Shown here: one piece after another, positions 45,646 to 54,612 of the stretch
Layout of the letters: each line of letters opens with the position of its first letter
Numbering within the stretch: position 1 is the first letter of the stretch
NCBI GenBank assembly: GCA_902494935.1
Contig: CABUVH010000001.1
Location: 1 to 54,612, forward strand
Source of the DNA: an uncultured Collinsella sp.
GTDB lineage: Bacteria; Actinomycetota; Coriobacteriia; Coriobacteriales; Coriobacteriaceae
Length of the DNA: 54,612 bases
Direction of reading: 5' to 3'
Translations under genes and position numbers: made by a program
Notes under the pieces: model-generated
What the model was told of the DNA's origin: nothing
What the model saw: the letters and a program-made list of their open reading frames with translations, nothing else
The model's database searches: none

Positions 45646-46117
45646 AATCTCCCTCCAGCCACTCGGGACGCGATCGATACGAGACATCGACCTTAAGCTC
45701 GACATAGCCGTTTTGGCCTGCGCTACCCATAGCCTGCGCAAACGCACCGATCACGGGCAGCGGTTTAACCTCGCCGGTAACGGAAACGGACGAGACGCCG
45801 CCCGCATCGGCCCGACCAAGCTCGATATCCCACGACAGGGGCCCGCCGGCATGGAAAATCGAAACGTCGGGAACCGCGGCAAGACGGCGGCGGGCAAACT
45901 CCTTAACATCCTCGTCATCCCCCACCGTCATCGTGGTCATGAGCCGCGCGGTCTCGGCGGCGGCAGACTCCATGACCGCGCGTGTATAGAGCAGGCACAC
46001 CGGCTGCAGCGCCAACAGGACGAGCGTCAGAAACGTCGGCAGTAGGAATGCCGCCTCGACCGTAGACTGAGCCCGGTCCTCGCGCGCAACATCAATACAG
46101 CACGATGTCCTTAGCAC
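45617..46117 (-). CDS. TadE family minor pilin (start uncertain)
   Basis: EDRA|QSTVEAAFLLP, MESAAAETAR; nearest in-frame start is GTG at 46117. Confidence 0.78.
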   Translation of the reverse strand: MLRTSCCIDVAREDRAQSTVEAAFLLPTFLTLVLLALQPVCLLYTRAVMESAAAETARLMTTMTVGDDEDVKEFARRRLAAVPDVSIFHAGGPLSWDIELGRADAGGVSSVSVTGEVKPLPVIGAFAQAMGSAGQNGYVELKVDVSYRSRPEWLEGDYDSWIAAWD

Positions 46118-46310
46118 CCGCAGCAGCGTCGACAACCGATGTCGAGGTGACGCCGTGAGATGCCGTCCGCTCGACCAGCGCCGCCAAGCGCCCATCGGCA
46201 CCGGCACGCCAAAGCCCTGCGATCGCCAGCACGATGGAAAGCAGTGCCACCGTGACGATGGCGTATTCGACCGTTGCCTGGGCAGATTCCTCGCGCAGGA
46301 CATAATGCAT
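46092..46310 (-). CDS. Small Flp-like minor pilin
   Basis: REESA|QATVEYAIV plus hydrophobic helix; AAGGAGG RBS. Confidence 0.75.
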   Translation of the reverse strand: MHYVLREESAQATVEYAIVTVALLSIVLAIAGLWRAGADGRLAALVERTASHGVTSTSVVDAAAGAKDIVLY

Positions 46311-46311
46311 T

Positions 46312-46875
46312 TCACGACCCCTCCTTTGAGTTCGTTGTCTGCGGGGTCAGGCGGACCACGCGCAGGCAACACGAAGTATCACCAGCATCCGCGGCAACCG
46401 TCACCATATCGACCCAGCCGCGTCCGTCACGCACGATGGCGCCCCACACGTTGCCCTTGATGTCGAGATAGCCGCTCAGAGCAAGTTGCGCCGTGGGCAC
46501 CTCGCGATAGGCACGCAGCATATCCGCCGCCGCCTCGGTCATCGGTCGGCACTCGGACCATGCGAGACGAACAGCGACGGCATTGCTTGCAGATGAACCC
46601 GTTGCAGCGTCCGCTCGCTCGTCGAGTGCTTGCAAGAACGTTTGCGCCGTAACGGCGGCATTCGCATCGGCCGCGTCTCGCGCATCGTCTATTTGAGACG
46701 CCGCAGCCGAACCCGATCCCGCATCCGCGGCAGCCCCTAAACGTTGTTGCCGTGCTGCGTTAAGCCCCCAAACCGCCACTGCCACCGCCACGACCGCGCA
46801 GGCGAGTACCAGCAACGCGCCGACGGGACGGGCGCCCTCTACAGGCTGTTGATGCCCTCGCTGATAGCGCTCCAT
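46312..46875 (-). CDS. Hypothetical membrane-anchored protein in the Tad cluster (start uncertain)
   Basis: N-terminal hydrophobic helix, Ala-rich linker, SGYLDIKGNVWGAIV domain. Confidence 0.6.
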   Translation of the reverse strand: MERYQRGHQQPVEGARPVGALLVLACAVVAVAVAVWGLNAARQQRLGAAADAGSGSAAASQIDDARDAADANAAVTAQTFLQALDERADAATGSSASNAVAVRLAWSECRPMTEAAADMLRAYREVPTAQLALSGYLDIKGNVWGAIVRDGRGWVDMVTVAADAGDTSCCLRVVRLTPQTTNSKEGS

Positions 46876-47072
46876 AAATCTTGGACCTTGCCCTTAAATG
46901 CGACGATGGCAATGATGGCAATCACCACGAGCACACCGACTAGGATGGCGTACTCGGTGGTGCCCTGCGCGCTCTCCTCCCGCAGCAGTTCTTCGGCACG
47001 CTGGCGAGCGTGAATTGACCGGCAAAACGCCAAGCTCCAGACCTTGTCAACAACGTCAGTCATCGTATTCAT
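46839..47072 (-). CDS. flp: Flp family major pilin
   Basis: REESA|QGTTEYAILVGVLVVIAIIAI Flp motif (E+5, Y+6); AGGGAGG RBS. Confidence 0.88.
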   Translation of the reverse strand: MNTMTDVVDKVWSLAFCRSIHARQRAEELLREESAQGTTEYAILVGVLVVIAIIAIVAFKGKVQDLWSAISEGINSL

Positions 47073-47082
47073 GTATTCCTCC

Positions 47083-47724
47083 CTACATCATCCCGCCTGC
47101 TCCCAGCAGCGGGCCCAATATGGACAGAAGCAACGCCGGCAAGATGAGCGTGCCGGTGGGAATCAGCAGCTTGACCGGCGCACGCTCAATCTCGCGCTCG
47201 ACCGCGGCGCGATGGGCCGCGCGAATCTCGCGACTTTGGGCCGCCAGCGTCTCGGCAAGCGGGGCACCGAGAGCAAGCGCCTGCCCCGCTGTGATGGCAA
47301 AGGTCTCGAGCGCCCGCACATCCAGGTCGCGCGCGGCCGCCAGAAGCTCATCCTCTCGCGTCCCTACGCCCACCCGCCATGCCATGCAGGCTCGCTCAAG
47401 GCGGAGCGCCAACGTCGATCGGCGATTGGCGCAAAAAACCTCAAGCGCCGCATCGAACGAAAGGCCGGCCGAAAGCCCCAGACGCACCACGTCGATCATC
47501 TCGGACACCTCGCCGAGCGACACCTGCGCCGTACCACCCGTGCCGAGCATGCCCCTCAACCGTGCTACCAGGACATCGGTCACCGATCGGGCAGCCGCAA
47601 CAACCAGCAGCGCCTCGCGTTTGCAGACCTGGGCGATCTTGCATGCGTCCGCACGATTGAGCCCTGTCACGATAAACACGCTGAGCGCGCACAGGCATGC
47701 CGCGACCCCGACCAGGGCGCTCAT
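47083..47724 (-). CDS. tadC: TadC / T2SS F-family platform protein
   Basis: LSAGLSFDAAL, GAPLAETL, ERAPVKLLIPTGTLILPA; ATGA overlap with tadB. Confidence 0.82.
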   Translation of the reverse strand: MSALVGVAACLCALSVFIVTGLNRADACKIAQVCKREALLVVAAARSVTDVLVARLRGMLGTGGTAQVSLGEVSEMIDVVRLGLSAGLSFDAALEVFCANRRSTLALRLERACMAWRVGVGTREDELLAAARDLDVRALETFAITAGQALALGAPLAETLAAQSREIRAAHRAAVEREIERAPVKLLIPTGTLILPALLLSILGPLLGAGGMM

Positions 47725-48647
47725 AGCTCCACCCGCATAATGCGTCGGATGACCACCAGGGCGACGGCGTTGAGGGCAAGTCCCAGTACCACGGCACCGG
47801 CACCCGCCGGCGTTGCAAGGCCGCGGCGAAAGTCGGCCGAAAGCAGCGCCAGCACCGCGCACATACCCGCCGGCATCGCCGAGACCATGTGTGCCGACAT
47901 ACGAGCCTGCGATGTCTTGACGTCCAAGCGGCGCTTGAGCTCAATGCGCTCCCCCACCATGCTCGACGCCTCGGACAACAGGTCGGCAAGCGGGGCACCG
48001 GTTCGCTGCGACACCTTGAGCGCCAAGGTGACAAGCGAAAGGCCGGGGGCATCGATACGGTCGAGTAGGTCATCCAACGCATCAGTCGCCGAGACGCCGC
48101 AGTCGATCGCCGTCGCCACGCGCAAAAACTCGGTATGCACCGGCTCTTGCGCGTGAGTCCCCACAAACCTCATGCCCTGGGCCAGCGAATGACCCGAGGC
48201 GAGCGACATAGAGAGCGCCGTAAAGGCCTCGGGCATGGCTTCTTCCACATCGTGTTGCTCGCGGCGACGGTCGAAGGTGTCGCGAGCGGCGCCTACGCCA
48301 AACGGTGCGAGCAGCCCCAGGACAAAGCCGATGGGCGACAGCGATACGACAGTCAGGGCAATGCCGCAGACACCACTCGATAGCAGCAAGCATGCCAGGC
48401 GCGCCTCGTCATCCTCGATAACAAGGCCAAGGCGATGTGCTGGAACCAGCGCCGCCCAGGAGCGGGCAATCTTTTTTAGCAGGTCGTTTTCTACCAACTC
48501 GCGCGGCAGCCTCTCGGCAACCGACTCAAGCGCATGACTGACCAGTTCCGCCGGCGGCACGCGCGACACACGAGGCTCCGCCCCGCACGCCACCGCGGCA
48601 GAAAGCCCTGTCAATCCCCCTACAACGAGGGGCACAACGATCTCCAT
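47721..48647 (-). CDS. tadB: TadB / T2SS F-family platform protein
   Basis: MPEAF..LSMSLASGHSL, RTGAPLADLL, KTSQARMSA. Confidence 0.85.
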   Translation of the reverse strand: MEIVVPLVVGGLTGLSAAVACGAEPRVSRVPPAELVSHALESVAERLPRELVENDLLKKIARSWAALVPAHRLGLVIEDDEARLACLLLSSGVCGIALTVVSLSPIGFVLGLLAPFGVGAARDTFDRRREQHDVEEAMPEAFTALSMSLASGHSLAQGMRFVGTHAQEPVHTEFLRVATAIDCGVSATDALDDLLDRIDAPGLSLVTLALKVSQRTGAPLADLLSEASSMVGERIELKRRLDVKTSQARMSAHMVSAMPAGMCAVLALLSADFRRGLATPAGAGAVVLGLALNAVALVVIRRIMRVEL

Positions 48648-49948
48648 TCGTCCACCTCCTCTTGTGTGAGCGTTCCCGAGCGCAGGCCCTCCGCGATAAA
48701 CGGAGGCTCGCGATCGAGCGTCCAGGTGCGCGTGGCGGCATCGAACGTCACGTAGCGCTCAAGCTCCACGCCGCCTGACGTGCCGCGTCGCACCCCCGAA
48801 TAGGAGGACACGAAACGCCTGCCGTCCGCATGACGCTCGGACATCACGATGCCGTCGAGCGCCATGGCAATCTGCTCCTCGATAAGCTCGCTCGGCAGAT
48901 CGATGCCATAGCGCGCAAGCAGCGTCAAACGCACCACGGTCTCCTGCTCGGTGCCCGCATGAAGCGTGGTGAGCGATCCGTCGTGCCCGGTGTTCATGGC
49001 CTGCAGCATGTCGCAACATTCCGCACCGCGCACCTCACCCACCACAATACGGTCGGGACGCATGCGCAGGGCGTTGGTCACCAGATCGCGGATTGTCACC
49101 GCGCCCTCGCCCTCAATTGAAGCCTCGCGCGCCTCCAGGCGAACCACATGCGGGTGATGCGCAAACTTGAGCTCGGCGGAGTCCTCGATCGTCACGATGC
49201 GCTCGCCGGTGGATATCTCGCACGACAGCGCGTTGAGCAGCGTGGTCTTGCCCGATCCCGTGCCACCCGCAACCGCCAGATCTTGACGCAGCGACACCGC
49301 ACAGGACAGCAGTTGCGCATACCAAAGCGGCAGCGACCCCAGGCCCACAAGCTCGTCCAACGAACAGATGCGATCTGAGAACTTGCGGATGGTGAGGATT
49401 GGTCCATCAATCGCCACGGGCGGGATCACCGCGTTGACGCGATAGCCCGTCTTGAGGCGGGCGTTGACAATGGGGCTGCGCTCGTCGATGCGCCTGCCCA
49501 GCGGCGAGATGATGCGGTCGATGAGCACGCGGATCTGCTCGTCATCCTCAAATGCATGCTCGATGGGATATAAGACGCCGCCGCGTTCAAAGAAAGCCGA
49601 GCGGCAACCGTTGACCATGATCTCGGTGACGGTGTCGTCCTCGATGAGCGGCTGCAGCGGGCCCAGGCCCACCACGTCGTCCAAGATCTCGTCGATGATG
49701 GTCTCGCGCTCGGGCGTCGCCAGGTCGCCCGGCTCCTCCACGTTGAGCGCCGCCTCCACCGCAGGACGCAATTCCGAGCGGGCGCGCGCCGGATCGATGT
49801 ATGCGCTGATACGCGCCACCTCGTCATAGCCCATGCGGTCCATCACGGCGCGCTTGGTGCGGCGCTTGACGGCACGGTGGCGCCCCGCATCAACAGGCGC
49901 CGCCGCCGCGGCCGCACCGGCTTCCTTAATCCTTGTTTGCAAGCTCAT
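48620..49948 (-). CDS. tadA: TadA/CpaF pilus assembly ATPase
   Basis: [68 protein letters not shown]. Confidence 0.95.
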   Translation of the reverse strand: MSLQTRIKEAGAAAAAAPVDAGRHRAVKRRTKRAVMDRMGYDEVARISAYIDPARARSELRPAVEAALNVEEPGDLATPERETIIDEILDDVVGLGPLQPLIEDDTVTEIMVNGCRSAFFERGGVLYPIEHAFEDDEQIRVLIDRIISPLGRRIDERSPIVNARLKTGYRVNAVIPPVAIDGPILTIRKFSDRICSLDELVGLGSLPLWYAQLLSCAVSLRQDLAVAGGTGSGKTTLLNALSCEISTGERIVTIEDSAELKFAHHPHVVRLEAREASIEGEGAVTIRDLVTNALRMRPDRIVVGEVRGAECCDMLQAMNTGHDGSLTTLHAGTEQETVVRLTLLARYGIDLPSELIEEQIAMALDGIVMSERHADGRRFVSSYSGVRRGTSGGVELERYVTFDAATRTWTLDREPPFIAEGLRSGTLTQEEVDEWRSLCPSL

Positions 49949-51591
49949 CGCGAATCACCCTCGCGCGACCAGGGAAGACGGATACGTGGGCGCTCGGTGC
50001 GCGTCGCGCGGTCGGTGACCATGTCACTCCAGGGACCGACGGCGCAGCCCAGCTCCACGAGCATCTCGCGCGTGGCTTCGCGCACGCTGGTGGCAAAAGC
50101 GCTGGTCTGGCCCACCGCCTCGTCAGCACGGCCGAATGCCATGAGCGCCGTCAAGTCCTGCCCGCCGTCGGCGATGCGAATCTTGGAGCTCAACGCGCAG
50201 GCAATCTCAAAGCGCATGGCGACATCCTCGTCGGCGCCGCGCGCGCCAAACCGGTTGAATACGGCGCTCATGCGCGTACGCGGCACGCCCACACGGCTCG
50301 CCAACTCGATGACGCGTGCCGCGGACGTCGCAGACGACACCGATGGATCGCCCACGACCAGGCAGCGGTCGCTCGCCGCCACCGCGGCCGCCACGGCGTC
50401 GCCCCAAAAGACCGAGGTGTCGACAAGCACCACGTCGGATTCGTGGCGCAAGACATCGAGCAACAGCTCCACCGGACGCGCCATGAGCTCGGCCTGTTCG
50501 GGCGCGGCGACCGGACCCCAAAGCGTGACGCCCGGGGCCACGCGCATCGAGGCGGCCACGATGTCCGATTCGGCGAGTGCGCCCGCAGCCGATGGCTCGA
50601 TAAGCGTCGCCATGTCATGCGGGGCATCGGCGCCCAACAGGTCGTAGAGGTTTCCAAACATCAGGTCCAAGTCGAGCACGGCAGCACGCAGGCCCAGCAG
50701 CGACGCCGCGTGCGACATGGCGGCGACGATCGTCGACTTGCCGCAACCGCCCGAACCCGAGACGGCGCAGACAACCGGAGCTCGATGCGACGGAGCGGCG
50801 GCATCCGCCGGCGGCGCGGGGGCAGGCGACGCGGGCACGGACGGCAACGTCCCCGTCTCCCCGGCAGCGCTCATATGCTGCGCCCAAGCCGGCATGGCAG
50901 GTTGCTCGGTCTGCGGGACCGAGTCTGGAGACTTCACGGTCGCATCGACACGCACGCTGTCGCTCTCGGCAAGCCCCTCCACCTCGTCGAGCTCATCGAC
51001 TAGGCTCACGCCATGCACGTATCCCATATCAGCATCCAAAAAATCCTCGCCATACGGCACCGGCTCTCCGACTTCATCGTATGCAAGGGGATCCCGGGGA
51101 CACCGACCATGCTCGGCTTCCGCTTTTCCATAATCATCAACACGCGGGCCTCTTGTAGCGCGAGGCGCCCCGGGTTCCCTATCAACAAAAGCATCGGGCT
51201 CAATCGTCATACACCGGTCGTAATCAACCGTTCCCTCGCCCGCGCGCCCGTTGCCGCATATGCTACGCGCAGCGATAACCTCGGTCGCCCCCGCGCGAAA
51301 CAGCCCCTCGATATCCGAAGGATCGAGCGTCTCTATCAGTACGACCACGCGGCTCACGCGGCCCTCGGCCGTCAGGCGCGCAACAGTCTTTCGCACGTCT
51401 TCGGCATCGAACAGGGTCGCCGCGATAATCGCCGCCCCGCGACGCGACGGAAACGCCCGCGCCATGGACACCAGCCCATCCAGGTCGCCCACGCGAAGCA
51501 CCTGCGCGCCCGCATCGCGGCCCTCGACTTCCCGTTGCAGCAATCCGTAATCACCGCACGCGCAGCATGCAAGCCAGATCGCTTTCATCAC
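49945..51591 (-). CDS. CpaE/TadZ-like ParA/MinD ATPase with degenerate receiver domain
   Basis: Receiver-like N-terminus (LFRAGATEVI), long acidic linker, SGSGGCGKST, VLDLDLMFGNL, VLVDT, FNRF. Confidence 0.82.
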   Translation of the reverse strand: MMKAIWLACCACGDYGLLQREVEGRDAGAQVLRVGDLDGLVSMARAFPSRRGAAIIAATLFDAEDVRKTVARLTAEGRVSRVVVLIETLDPSDIEGLFRAGATEVIAARSICGNGRAGEGTVDYDRCMTIEPDAFVDREPGAPRATRGPRVDDYGKAEAEHGRCPRDPLAYDEVGEPVPYGEDFLDADMGYVHGVSLVDELDEVEGLAESDSVRVDATVKSPDSVPQTEQPAMPAWAQHMSAAGETGTLPSVPASPAPAPPADAAAPSHRAPVVCAVSGSGGCGKSTIVAAMSHAASLLGLRAAVLDLDLMFGNLYDLLGADAPHDMATLIEPSAAGALAESDIVAASMRVAPGVTLWGPVAAPEQAELMARPVELLLDVLRHESDVVLVDTSVFWGDAVAAAVAASDRCLVVGDPSVSSATSAARVIELASRVGVPRTRMSAVFNRFGARGADEDVAMRFEIACALSSKIRIADGGQDLTALMAFGRADEAVGQTSAFATSVREATREMLVELGCAVGPWSDMVTDRATRTERPRIRLPWSREGDSR

Positions 51592-52247
51592 TCGTCGCCT
51601 CCGCTCTTTTTGCCGCGCACCGTGGCGGGAATCGTCAAACTGACCGTCCCCTTACCCGAGGCCCCCAGCAATTCCTTAACGTCTTCGGGGTCGGCCGCCA
51701 GCGTCACCCATTCGATCTTGCCTTCACGCGTAGCGCCGGCATCTTCACTGGTATCGATTACGCGCGCACCGCACAGCCGATCGGTTACGCCGTCCTTTTG
51801 CACGTACACGTCCACGTAGCTGCCCACGCCCGTGGCGCCCCCGACCGAATGCTCGGCATCGACCGCCACCGAAACGGCGACCTTGCCTTTGGGCACCTCG
51901 AGCGTGTGGGTTTCGGCCTTGGTGTAGACATCGCAAATCACGGCATTTTTAGGGATGCGCGAGGTCGTCACGTCGCCGCGCACCTGGCGCAGCTCGGTCG
52001 CCGCATCGCGCGGCAGCAGGCTCGCCAGCCATTCCTGGGTTATGACATTGGTCTCGTCGAGGGTCTCGCCCGCATCGATATCACGCGCCGCGACGCACAC
52101 CTCGACGCGATCGCCGCCATACTTGGCCAGCGTCTCGGCCTGGACCTGCTCAGCCTGCGAGCGAATCGACGATGCGTAGACCATGCAGAGCAGCGCGGCG
52201 AGCACACCCGCGATTAGACTGATGGCGATGCGCTTGCTCTTGTTCAC
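51588..52247 (-). CDS. cpaB: Flp pilus assembly protein CpaB/RcpC (SAF domain)
   Basis: TM anchor, VCVAARDIDAGETL SAF motif, VPKGKVAVSV, VGSYVDVY, WVTLA; GTG 52247 with GAGGAG. Confidence 0.82.
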   Translation of the reverse strand: MNKSKRIAISLIAGVLAALLCMVYASSIRSQAEQVQAETLAKYGGDRVEVCVAARDIDAGETLDETNVITQEWLASLLPRDAATELRQVRGDVTTSRIPKNAVICDVYTKAETHTLEVPKGKVAVSVAVDAEHSVGGATGVGSYVDVYVQKDGVTDRLCGARVIDTSEDAGATREGKIEWVTLAADPEDVKELLGASGKGTVSLTIPATVRGKKSGGDE

Positions 52248-52447
52248 GGCCGCTCCTCTCAAGGTAGCACCGGGCGGATGCCCGTAGCACCATTGTCCGA
52301 GCGGGCAAGCAGCAAAACGGTGCGATCGCGATCTTGGTTTTGAGTGTCAAACCAATTGCCGACCAAAAGCTGACCGGCCCGTCAAGCTCGTGGCAAGGTT
52401 TTGGTCAGCACGTCGGCAAAACGCACGTTTAGGGGCGCATCGGCAAT

Positions 52448-52482
52448 AAAAAAGCCGCCTCCCGTACCGTTGGGAGACGGCT
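52448..52482 (-). terminator. Intrinsic terminator after rsgA
   Basis: AGCCGCCTCCC/GGGAGACGGCT stem plus T-tract. Confidence 0.7.
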
Positions 52483-52499
52483 GTCATAGGTAGATTCAA

Positions 52500-53684
52500 T
52501 TACAGATGGACATCGGGATCGAGCATCTGAGCACTCACACGCATGGATGACGCCAGGTTTTGGAACGTCTCCAGGCGCAGGCTGTCGATTTGCCCGGCAT
52601 CCTCGGCCTCGCGAACGGCGCAGCCCGGTTCGTGGGTATGCGTGCAGTCGCCAAACCGGCACGCACGCGACGCCTCGACGATCTCGGGAAACGCGCGTGC
52701 CAAGCCCCGCTCATGCCCCACGAGCGGCAGACTGCGCAGGCCCGGCGCGTCAGCAATAACGCCGGCTTCGCCCGGCAGCGCCACCATCACGCGCGCGACC
52801 GTGGTGTGGCGACCCTGGTCATCGCGCTCACGTACGCCGCCGGTCGCCAACGTATCGTGACCCAGCAGCGCGTTGAGCAGCGTCGACTTGCCAGCACCCG
52901 ATTCACCCAAGATCATGGCGCAGCTCCCGGCGGGCACGCAGGCGCGCACCTCGTCCAGGCCACGACCCTCGGCAGAGGACGTCACGATCACGCGCACGTC
53001 CGGACCCACCAAGCGGTGCACACGGTCCAGATCGCGCTCGAGCTCATCGGCGTCGCAGCGGTCGGCCTTGGTGAGTACCACCACCGGCTCGGCATCGCAG
53101 TCGAGTGCCAACACCAGCGAGCGCGCCACGCGGTCGAGCAGTACCTCGCCGGCGCCGAGCGCCTGCACGATCAGAACGCTATCCACGTTGGAGCAAAGCA
53201 CCTGACGCTCGCCGCGAGCGCGTCCGCGCCAGCGCTCAAAACTCGTGCGGCGTGGCAGCACACACTCGATCACGCCCATGTCGTGCCCGGGCGCACGACG
53301 CACCGCCACGCGGTCGCCCACGGCGGGCAGCAGAACCTCGTCCTCGCCACGCGACTTGGCAAACCCCACGGCATGCTCGGCACGAAAGGTATCGCCGGCA
53401 GTCGCCACCAGCGGAAACCCGCGATCCAGGCGCACCACGGCACCCAGTTGCATCTGCTCGGGCTCCTCGGCCTGGGCACAAAAATTATCGAAGGCAGCCT
53501 GCTGAGCATCGTCGATTGGCAGGTCATCGAACGCCGGAACATCCTGCAGCGCGTCGAGTCCCGGCACGCTTGCCAACAGCTCCTCGGCAGACGCGGGAGC
53601 CTCGGTCGCGAGCTTCCGACGACGATCGCGCTTAGCCCGCGCCCCCGTCGTCTTTTTCTTCGCCTTAGCCTTAGCCTTGCCCAC
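52500..53684 (-). CDS. rsgA: Ribosome small subunit-dependent GTPase A
   Basis: PAVGDRV, LTKAD, GESGAGKSTLLN, GRHTT, DAPG, CRFGDCTHTHEPGCAV; GTG 53684 with GGGAGG. Confidence 0.93.
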   Translation of the reverse strand: MGKAKAKAKKKTTGARAKRDRRRKLATEAPASAEELLASVPGLDALQDVPAFDDLPIDDAQQAAFDNFCAQAEEPEQMQLGAVVRLDRGFPLVATAGDTFRAEHAVGFAKSRGEDEVLLPAVGDRVAVRRAPGHDMGVIECVLPRRTSFERWRGRARGERQVLCSNVDSVLIVQALGAGEVLLDRVARSLVLALDCDAEPVVVLTKADRCDADELERDLDRVHRLVGPDVRVIVTSSAEGRGLDEVRACVPAGSCAMILGESGAGKSTLLNALLGHDTLATGGVRERDDQGRHTTVARVMVALPGEAGVIADAPGLRSLPLVGHERGLARAFPEIVEASRACRFGDCTHTHEPGCAVREAEDAGQIDSLRLETFQNLASSMRVSAQMLDPDVHL

Positions 53685-53730
53685 AAGCGCCTCCCAGCAC
53701 CACAAATCACAACTGAGCAGGTATTTTAAA

Positions 53731-54454
53731 TCAAAACCACCCCTAAAAGGGGTGGTTTGCTCTTAGGGTATAACCCTTGGATTTCCGGCACGCGTCTAAA
53801 GGCGCCGGCCCTCACGGGGTTCGGGCCGCACTGCAGATTGACCCGTGACGGGCCGGTCAAACCGGCGCTATTTACGCCCCGGCCCCCTATCGAAGGGGTC
53901 CTCGTACTCCTTGACGCTCAGCCGGTCGATCGCGATGTCGGCCTTCTCCTGCTCCCGGATGTACTTCGCGATGGTGGCCTCGTTCAGGCCGACGGTGGAC
54001 ACGTAGTAGCCCTCGGCCCAGAATTTCCTGTTGCCGAACTTGTACTTCATGTTCGCGTGCTTGTCGAATATCATCAGCGAGCTCTTCCCCTTCAGATAGC
54101 CCATCACGCTCGATACGCTGTACTTCGGCGGTATCGCCAGCAGCATGTGGACGTGGTCGGGCATCAGGTGCCCCTCGATGATCTCTATCCCCTTGTACTG
54201 GCAGAGCTTCCTGAAGATCTCCCCAAGGTCGGACCTTATTTGGTTGTAGATGACTTTGCGCCTATACTTCGGCGTGAACACGACGTGGTACTTGCACATC
54301 CACTTCGTGTGCGACAGGCTGTAGGCCTTCTGGGCCATACGCCACCACCGCCCTCTCGACTCGGATTCCTTGCGGCCTGAACAATCGCAAGTGTCCGGCG
54401 AGGGGGCGGCTTTGTAAAGCCGTTTGGCCCCACCCGCATAGCGGGTGGTTTCTG
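53731..54454 (-). mobile_element. IS200/IS605-family insertion sequence (tnpA only); boundaries approximate
   Basis: Subterminal hairpins AAACCACCCC-TAAAA-GGGGTGGTTT (53734-53758) and CCACCCGC-ATA-GCGGGTGG (54430-54448) flank a Y1 transposase; no tnpB. Confidence 0.88.
53868..54338 (-). CDS. tnpA: IS200/IS605 Y1 HUH transposase TnpA
   Basis: YHVVFTPKYRRK, PDHVHML (HUH), LKGKSS, FWAEGYYVSTVG, catalytic Y in AKYIREQ. Confidence 0.95.
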   Translation of the reverse strand: MAQKAYSLSHTKWMCKYHVVFTPKYRRKVIYNQIRSDLGEIFRKLCQYKGIEIIEGHLMPDHVHMLLAIPPKYSVSSVMGYLKGKSSLMIFDKHANMKYKFGNRKFWAEGYYVSTVGLNEATIAKYIREQEKADIAIDRLSVKEYEDPFDRGPGRK

Positions 54455-54496
54455 ATGCGGCGCGCTGCGCGCCCCGCACAGGCTAAAGCCCGTAAT

Positions 54497-54526
54497 AAAA
54501 AGGGCGCGTCCATACGGACACGCCCC
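54497..54526 (-). terminator. Intrinsic terminator after ftsZ
   Basis: GGGCGCGTCC/GGACACGCCC stem plus T-tract on the minus strand. Confidence 0.65.
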
Positions 54527-54551
54527 TGTGCACAACAATGCAAAGAACGAC

Positions 54552-54612
54552 TTAGAAGCTACCGCGCTTCAGGAAGTCGGGAAGCTCGAACTGATCGTTG
54601 CCGAAGTTAGGA
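54552..54612 (-). CDS. ftsZ: 3' end of cell division protein FtsZ (partial)
   Basis: Reads PNFGNDQFELPDFLKRGSF-stop; ELPDFLK matches the FtsZ C-terminal core peptide; only 19 codons visible. Confidence 0.65.
   Translation of the reverse strand, partial: PNFGNDQFELPDFLKRGSF

Noticed and set aside
53731..53867. tnpB/omegaRNA system in the IS200/IS605 element
   Set aside because: Only about 135 bp lie between the tnpA stop and the right end, with no tnpB or iscB ORF.

Overview
GC-rich (about 60% by eye) chromosomal window of a monoderm actinobacterium, most likely Coriobacteriia (Collinsella-like). This is inferred from gene content and protein style, not from a search. Nearly all genes are on the minus strand. 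In order: larD-larA lactate racemase pair, ppc, hisS, an MFS remnant, M20 amidohydrolase, EamA transporter, two YhgE/Pip paralogues, htpG, GNAT, an isolated cpsB-cpsD-cpsC module, pstB-phoB-phoR, a VanRS-like two-component system divergent from a D,D-carboxypeptidase, tRNA-Ser, a TPR-like hypothetical, three tRNA-Arg(ACG), an SOS-boxed hypothetical, serS, a 57-aa membrane protein, proC, rlmH, SPFH, tRNA-Leu, tatD-rsmA-metG-rsmI, a GH5 lacking the NEP acid/base, tRNA-Phe, an orphan RHH protein, an 11-gene Tad/Flp pilus cluster, rsgA, an IS200/IS605 element and the 3' end of ftsZ. The most unusual signal is non-coding. All six tRNA genes are followed, at a near-constant 63-69 nt, by an inverted copy of their own T-loop. 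At the Arg, Leu and Phe loci this belongs to a 186-190 bp unit: tRNA 3' end, terminator, inverted T-loop, three covarying GC-rich hairpins, then a duplicated tRNA 3' end and terminator. The scaffold is shared between different tRNAs while the tRNA-matching parts are swapped. Two other palindromic element families (purine-mismatch long hairpins and GGGGAC-loop hairpins) occupy several intergenic gaps. No CRISPR array or rRNA was seen.
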